From contig OZ244065.1 in the NCBI GenBank assembly GCA_965215505.1, forward strand, positions 6,113,772 to 6,177,771: 64,000 nucleotides of DNA. Direction: 5' to 3'. Below, piece after piece: positions 58,535 through 64,000 of this stretch (positions are counted from its first letter, which is position 1; every line of letters starts with the position of its first letter). The stretch comes from Capsulimonadaceae bacterium. Lineage in GTDB: Bacteria; Armatimonadota; Armatimonadia; Armatimonadales; Capsulimonadaceae. The notes beneath the pieces were generated by a model. It saw only the letters and a list, made by a program, of their open reading frames with translations. It had not been told where the DNA came from and searched no databases. The position numbers and the translations under genes were made by a program.

Positions 58535-60307
58535 TCAGGGCGGCGTCACGTTGACGTAGCGGTAATTGAACCGCCCGTCCGGGGCGCTGTCGCCGGCGTA
58601 CCACCAATCAGCGATCTTGGCCGGGTCGCCGCCGACGGGCGCATTGTCTACCCAGTGGAAGTCGAATGCCGTTCGCGCCGTGTCCGTCAGGCCGAGCAGG
58701 GCGCGCGGGATGGTGACGACCATCTCGTTCCCCGCCGCGCGATAGTGGACAGGCCACGTCCTGCCGTCGGACAGCCGCTTGAGCGTCGTCGTGCCGCCGT
58801 CGATCACCCGGCTGTTGACGACGAAATCATACCCGTTCCAGCCGGTCTTCGGGTTCCGGTCGGCGTCAATGAGTAGCTGCATCCAGTCCTTGCCCGTGTG
58901 AGGCGTCAGGGCGTCGTGGGTACGGACGTAGAAATAGACGTTCTTCGCGTCGCAGGCGACTTTCGCGCTCACGATGTCGTTGCGGCCCGAGGTGTCCGTG
59001 TAGTGCAGCTTGCCCCAGCCGTCGTGGTCCCGATGTTCCGTGTCGCTAACAGCGTCAAGATAAGTCGGTTGAACAGCCTGCCAGGCCGAAAATGATCTCG
59101 GCGTATCGAAGCCGTGCGTGATCGGCGTGGCGCGGACGCCTTTGAAGCGGCGGATGCCGGCGACCATTTGCAGGTAATAATCGTCGCCGTAGCCGCCCTT
59201 CATGGGCATGATGTCCCGGCTGAACTCCTCGGTGAACTCGTCCACGAAGAACGTCCCGCCCTTAGTCTGCGGGCGTCCGGCGAACGTCCCCGGCCCGCCC
59301 GCCGCGAACCGCTGGGCGACCCACTCGTTCCAGCCGGTGATGAGGATGAACTGCGGATCGATCTTCAGGGCCTGCTCCCACTGCTGGGCGAACTGAGGCC
59401 CCTTGTCGCTGTCCGCCGTCCGGTACTGTCCGTCAACGGGCGGCTCCGTCCCGTGTCCCCACTGCTGGTCGCTGTGGTAGGAGCGCCCCAGGCTGTCCGT
59501 CGGGTGCCCGGCGACCGAGACCGGCACCTCTTCAGGCCGGCTTGGGTCGTCGTGCCAGCCCGCGCGCTGCGGGTACTTGTCGATCCACTGCCACTTGTCC
59601 TGTCCGGGGTCCCAGGCCCAGGAGTTGCGCCAGGTGAAAAAGTCCACGACCTTCGGGTCCATCGGCGAGCCGTCATCCATCTTGCCGGCCCTGTCGCCGA
59701 GAAGAAGAGGCTTGCCCTGCCACTGGAACCAGAGGTCTTTGTACTCGCCTTTGGAGTAGAAGTCGTCGTAAAGCTGTGTGACCGTTTTGCCCGGCGCGGC
59801 GTGTGTCAGGAAGGCGATTTGCGGGGCGGGGATGCCCGCCCGGCGCATCGCTGAGGCAATGCGGCAGACGAGGGTGTAAATCTTGGGGTAAGTGAAGGCG
59901 TTGGTGACATCGAAGAAGATCACGTCCACACCCACGTCGGCCAGCATTTGCAGGTTGTGGCGGTGGACCCAGGGGTCATCGGAGAGGAAATAGCCGACGG
60001 CAGGCTCGCCCCACCAGTGAAACGCCCCCATCGGCCCATAAGGATGGGCAATGGGGTCGGCGGCCGTGAGCGTATTATCGTAGGGGCCGCCCGTGCCGTG
60101 CTGCCCGTGCCAGAGAAAGTAAAAGACACCCACGAACCTGCCGGGGCGGGGGGCGGGTGCCGCGCCCGCCATCGGGAGTGTCCGCCCAAGAGCGTCGCTC
60201 GCGGCCCAGGTGTCGGGCGCGAAGGTGCGCGACGTCTGCGCGTGGGCCGGGAGCGCCGCGAGGGCGATGAAGAGGGCCAGGGTCAGGGCGCGGAGGTTCG
60301 GCTTCAT
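58535..60307 (-). CDS. Secreted glycoside hydrolase-like protein (GH71/99-like fold, tentative)
   Basis: Signal peptide; VGVFYFLWHG, HWWGEP..GY, FFDVTN, ITGWNEW, FVDEF..EFSRDI.PM. Confidence 0.7.
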   Translation of the reverse strand: MKPNLRALTLALFIALAALPAHAQTSRTFAPDTWAASDALGRTLPMAGAAPAPRPGRFVGVFYFLWHGQHGTGGPYDNTLTAADPIAHPYGPMGAFHWWGEPAVGYFLSDDPWVHRHNLQMLADVGVDVIFFDVTNAFTYPKIYTLVCRIASAMRRAGIPAPQIAFLTHAAPGKTVTQLYDDFYSKGEYKDLWFQWQGKPLLLGDRAGKMDDGSPMDPKVVDFFTWRNSWAWDPGQDKWQWIDKYPQRAGWHDDPSRPEEVPVSVAGHPTDSLGRSYHSDQQWGHGTEPPVDGQYRTADSDKGPQFAQQWEQALKIDPQFILITGWNEWVAQRFAAGGPGTFAGRPQTKGGTFFVDEFTEEFSRDIMPMKGGYGDDYYLQMVAGIRRFKGVRATPITHGFDTPRSFSAWQAVQPTYLDAVSDTEHRDHDGWGKLHYTDTSGRNDIVSAKVACDAKNVYFYVRTHDALTPHTGKDWMQLLIDADRNPKTGWNGYDFVVNSRVIDGGTTTLKRLSDGRTWPVHYRAAGNEMVVTIPRALLGLTDTARTAFDFHWVDNAPVGGDPAKIADWWYAGDSAPDGRFNYRYVNVTPP

Positions 60308-60318
60308 GAGGTTGATCT

Positions 60319-60445
60319 CACGGGGCTGAACCCCCGTGCTGTGGCAGGGCAAGCCCCCGCCTACGCGGGCGAAGATCTCAGACTTTCCGATGGCCGCACA
60401 GGCGGGGATTCGCTTTTCTAAAGCCCAGGGGTTCAGCCCTGGGCC
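60319..60445. repeat. REPIN-like element
   Basis: cacggggctgaacccccgtgct ... agcccaggggttcagccctgggcc inverted pair, with inner inverted cccgcctacgcggg / ccgcacaggcggg. Confidence 0.75.
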
Positions 60446-60459
60446 TCAACCCGTGGCAT

Positions 60460-62556
60460 TCACCGGGCCTTCGTCAGCCGTAGCAGGATGACGCCGTGGC
60501 TCGGGATGGAGGCGGCATACTTGTCGCCGAAGCGGCCCAGGTCCTTGCGGAGCCACAGGTCGCGGACGGCGTAGCGGCCCGTGAGGCCCATCTTGGGCCA
60601 GTCGGCGGTGACTGTTTCCTCCAGGTCGCTCCGGTTGAACAGGCCGACGGCGAGCGACCCGTCGGCAAGCTTCTTGGACCAGACCTCCAGGCCGTCCTGC
60701 TGCGAAACCGGCCCGCCCGCCGCGCCCAGGCTGTCCTGGTTGACGGCAAGCACTTCCGGGTTCGTCAGCAGGGCCAGCGTCCAGGGGTCGTTGTCCGGGA
60801 GGTTGGCCCCGACGATCAGCGGGGAGGGCAGCAGCGACCAGAGCGACACCAGGGTCATCTGTTCGTTGTGCGTGAAGCGCGTCTGCCGGTCCGCCCCGAC
60901 CGGGCGGCCTCCGAGCGAGAGGTGGCCCAGCGGCAGCATGTCGCCGTCCGGCCAGTGGCCCGGCGCGGCGTAGTCGTGCCACTGCGCCCCAAGCGTGAAC
61001 TCGTGGTCCAAAGCGTCCCAGCCGTCCCAGAAGTCGTCGGACTCACGCCACATGTTGGCGTGGGTGATGACATGGGCGGCCTGCGTGATGGGCGTCGCGC
61101 CCGGCGACAGGCTGTAGACGATGGACCGCCCGCACTTGTCAATGGACTTCCGAACGGCCTCGATCTCGGCGGTGTGGTACGGCCGGGAGGTGTCGTCCAT
61201 CTTCACGAAGTCCACGCCCCAGGAGGCATACAGGCGGAACAGCGAGTCGTAGTAGGCCTGACCGGCGGGCGTGTCGCCCCGGACGCCGAACATGTCGGGG
61301 CACCAGGGGCAGGTGTCGGTCGTGTTCGCCGCGTCGGCGGCCTTGTAGGGGGAGCCTTCGATGGGCAGGTTGGCGGCGACGGCATTGCGCGGGATGCCGC
61401 GCATGATGTGGATGCCGAACCGCAGTCCCATGGCGTGGACCTGATCGGCCAGGCCCTTGAAGCCCGGCCCACTCGCCGCCGAGGGGAAGCGGTTGGGGGA
61501 GGGCAGCAGGCGGCCGTTCGCGTCCATCGTCAGCGTCTCGCCCGGATCGCCTGCGTCATGGGCCGTGGCCGCGTTCGGGTCGTACCAGCGGTAATCCACC
61601 ACGACGTACTGCCAGCCGAAGGGCTGCATGTTCTGGCGCAGATAGCGTGCGTTGGCGAGCGTCTGTTCCTCGGTCACACGGCTGCCGTAAGCGTCGTAGC
61701 TGTTCCAGCCCATGGGCGGCGTCCGGGCCAGCATCGGACCGACGACGAAATGCACGGTGCGTGAGGCCATGCCCGCGCCGTTGCGGGCGGTGACGCGGAC
61801 GGCGTAGTCGCCCGGCTTCGCCAGAGTCCCCGTAATGACCCCCGACGGAGAGAGTGCAAGCCCGCCAGGCAGGTCGGCGGAGAAGCTCAGCGGGCGTCCG
61901 CTCAGAGCGGGGATCTTCCACAGGAACGGCAGGCCGGGCTGGACGCCGACGACAGTCGGCCCGTTGATCTCCGGCGCTGCCGGCGCGGAGCTAAAGGCGA
62001 TGACCGGCTCGCGCGCCGTCAGCGCGAGCGTGTGGGGGCTGACGCCCGCCACCTCGAACCGCGCGTCGGCCCAATCGGCGTGGTCGTAGTCGGTGCCGTC
62101 GCCGCCGTCGGTGACGCGCAGCAGGACCATCTTCTGGCCGGTAACGTCCACATCTACGGTTTTGGGCGGCTGCCCGCCGCGCAGGACGCCGCTCGTCCAC
62201 AGCGTCTTGCGATTGTCCCCGATGACCTGGAACTCCGCGCTGCCCCTGCGGCCCGCCTCGTCGTCGATGCCGACCGTCGCCGTGAACCGTTTCGCGCCGC
62301 CGTCCAGGACGACGGCCAGCAGGCCGCGTGCATGTGTCCCGAATCCATGTGCATAGGTCTTGCCTCCCAGCGTCAGCGGGTGGCCGTCTATGGACTTGTC
62401 CACCCGCGGTGTGCCATAGCCCTGCGTGGCCTTCGTCAAGTCGAGCGAAGACAGCAAAACTGCCTGGTCCGCGCGGGCGGGGGAGGGAAAGAGTGGGCTA
62501 AGGGAGGCGAGAGCCGCGAGGGTTATGATCGTGCTTTTCATTGTTCTCATTCTCAT
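60460..62556 (-). CDS. GH27 alpha-galactosidase with NPCBM/NEW2 and Ig-like domains
   Basis: GFGTHA...DHADWADA (NPCBM); TPPMGWNS, VVDYRW, WGVDFVKMD, WRESDD, HWPDGDML. Confidence 0.92.
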   Translation of the reverse strand: MRMRTMKSTIITLAALASLSPLFPSPARADQAVLLSSLDLTKATQGYGTPRVDKSIDGHPLTLGGKTYAHGFGTHARGLLAVVLDGGAKRFTATVGIDDEAGRRGSAEFQVIGDNRKTLWTSGVLRGGQPPKTVDVDVTGQKMVLLRVTDGGDGTDYDHADWADARFEVAGVSPHTLALTAREPVIAFSSAPAAPEINGPTVVGVQPGLPFLWKIPALSGRPLSFSADLPGGLALSPSGVITGTLAKPGDYAVRVTARNGAGMASRTVHFVVGPMLARTPPMGWNSYDAYGSRVTEEQTLANARYLRQNMQPFGWQYVVVDYRWYDPNAATAHDAGDPGETLTMDANGRLLPSPNRFPSAASGPGFKGLADQVHAMGLRFGIHIMRGIPRNAVAANLPIEGSPYKAADAANTTDTCPWCPDMFGVRGDTPAGQAYYDSLFRLYASWGVDFVKMDDTSRPYHTAEIEAVRKSIDKCGRSIVYSLSPGATPITQAAHVITHANMWRESDDFWDGWDALDHEFTLGAQWHDYAAPGHWPDGDMLPLGHLSLGGRPVGADRQTRFTHNEQMTLVSLWSLLPSPLIVGANLPDNDPWTLALLTNPEVLAVNQDSLGAAGGPVSQQDGLEVWSKKLADGSLAVGLFNRSDLEETVTADWPKMGLTGRYAVRDLWLRKDLGRFGDKYAASIPSHGVILLRLTKAR

Positions 62557-64000
62557 GGATTGTGTCGTACCACCCGGCACCCGAACAGGCCGCCGGCCAT
62601 CGCGCCGGGGCGGGATTGGAAGCGCACCGTCACTTTGGACTTGCCCGCGACCAGTGCCGCCGGGAGGGGCGTCACCACGTCGAAGTATTCGCCCGGCTTG
62701 TCCTCGTGCAAGGTCTGCGTGGCGACCCTCGTTCCGTCTACCAGGATGTCGAAGGTGCGGTCGCCTAGCTCCGACCCCCAGTAGGTACACACCAAATCCT
62801 GCGGCGCGTCGGGTAGCGTCTTGATGTCGAAGGAGAACCATCCGCCGTCGCGGGCGTCGCGCCAGTGCGGGCCGCCGTCGGGGCCGTCGCCGGTATAAGA
62901 CTTCTCGCTTTGCAGGGCGTGGTCGTGTTCCGGCTGCTGCTCGCCGGGCTGCATCACGTCCACCGTCCGGGCTTCTAGAGCGCGCGCCCGCCCCTGCACG
63001 GCCTCATAGTCTGCCTGGTGCTGCGTCCACGCCGCCGGGGTGAAGGTGTCCCAGTAGACGGTATAGCGCCCGAAGTAGGTGCTGTAAAACGGCTTCAAAG
63101 TGACATCGTTGGGCCGCCCCGCGCCCGCCGTGCGGAACGTCAGGGGCTGCCCGGCGACCGGCTTCAGCCACGAGTCCAGCGGCTGGCTGGCGGTGACTAA
63201 GACCGGGACTTTCGGGTCGCTCACCCGGAAGTACGCCCCCTGATCGCCGGTCGCGTAGGGCATGGGGTCCTTGAGGCCGTCGCTGCCGAGCTGCCCGGCC
63301 AGCACGAGCGGGCCGTAGAGGATGGCGACCTTCGTCGGGTCGTCCGGCATCGCCTCCTGGTACAGATGCATCGGCAGCCTGATGTCTACGCGGTCGCCGC
63401 TCTTCCAGCGCCGCGCCAGCGTGGCGTAGCTGCCGGGCGTCGCCGTGATCGTCTGGGCCTGTCCGTTGACCGAAACCGTCATGCCGCGCGCCCAGGACGG
63501 GTAGCGGACACGCAGGGCCATGGCTATCGGCTTCGCGCACGTCAGGGTCAGGTGCGTCGTGTCGCTGTCGGGAAACTTCGTCTCCTGCCGGACGCTCAGG
63601 CCCTTCGCCTGCCACCTCAGCACGGACGGGATGAACAGATTGACGTAAAGAGATCTGTCGTCGTGGAAGTAGATGCTGTCGCCGTACTTGACGTGGTTCT
63701 CCATGCCGGTCCCGACGCAGCACCAGAACGACTCGGTGGGGGAGCTGTAGGTCTTGAAGTGGCCCGGCTTCAGGGAGACGTAGTAGGTCATCATGCCGCG
63801 CACGGGGTCCTGCGAGGCCAGGATGTGGTTGTACAGGGCGCGCTCGTAAAAGTCGGCGTACTCGGCATTCGGAGTCCATTCAAACAGATGCCGGGTCAGC
63901 TTCAGCATGTTGTAAGTGTTGCATGTCTCCGCCGTGACCGGGCTGAGGTGGTGACTGAGCTGGCCCGGCGCGTCGAAATGCTCGCCGTCCGTGTTCGCGC
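62553..64000 (-). CDS. GH127/GH146 beta-L-arabinofuranosidase-like protein (5' end outside window)
   Basis: ETCNTYNMLKLTRHLF, YERALYNHILASQ, FWCCVGTGMENH, YGPLVLAG, WRDA. Confidence 0.9.
   Translation of the reverse strand, partial: ANTDGEHFDAPGQLSHHLSPVTAETCNTYNMLKLTRHLFEWTPNAEYADFYERALYNHILASQDPVRGMMTYYVSLKPGHFKTYSSPTESFWCCVGTGMENHVKYGDSIYFHDDRSLYVNLFIPSVLRWQAKGLSVRQETKFPDSDTTHLTLTCAKPIAMALRVRYPSWARGMTVSVNGQAQTITATPGSYATLARRWKSGDRVDIRLPMHLYQEAMPDDPTKVAILYGPLVLAGQLGSDGLKDPMPYATGDQGAYFRVSDPKVPVLVTASQPLDSWLKPVAGQPLTFRTAGAGRPNDVTLKPFYSTYFGRYTVYWDTFTPAAWTQHQADYEAVQGRARALEARTVDVMQPGEQQPEHDHALQSEKSYTGDGPDGGPHWRDARDGGWFSFDIKTLPDAPQDLVCTYWGSELGDRTFDILVDGTRVATQTLHEDKPGEYFDVVTPLPAALVAGKSKVTVRFQSRPGAMAGGLFGCRVVRHNP

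Overview
GC-rich bacterial chromosomal window with about 50 protein-coding genes. I found no rRNA, tRNA, CRISPR array, transposase or integrase. The three PEP-CTERM tails of the form PVPEAST(T/V/P)VSxGLLLALG suggest Armatimonadota (Capsulimonas-like); this is an inference. Core content, left to right: a DUF1501 / planctomycete-type cytochrome c gene pair, ppk1, a GAF-GGDEF cyclase, a 1420-aa surface protein, cobA-hemD, polyol/sugar-acid catabolism genes, a BlaI + BlaR1(M56)-amidase module, MarR-DHA2 efflux, thrC, an atypical csrA, an aldehyde dehydrogenase, a membrane-tethered ECF sigma factor and a glycoside hydrolase cluster. Small accessory genes and GTAG-type REP/REPIN elements are interspersed. 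The best leads are: (1) a stand-alone JAB/JAMM-domain gene plus a Cys-rich partner translationally coupled to cobA-hemD; (2) unrelated small proteins sharing a C-terminal WPPP motif; (3) REP elements whose 3' arm is tandemly re-iterated; (4) paralogous sigma54-promoter/terminator cassettes beside a degenerate CsrA; (5) an octapeptide-repeat block in the surface protein; (6) the BlaR1-amidase with a paired operator. All family calls come from motif recognition by eye; no database searches were run.
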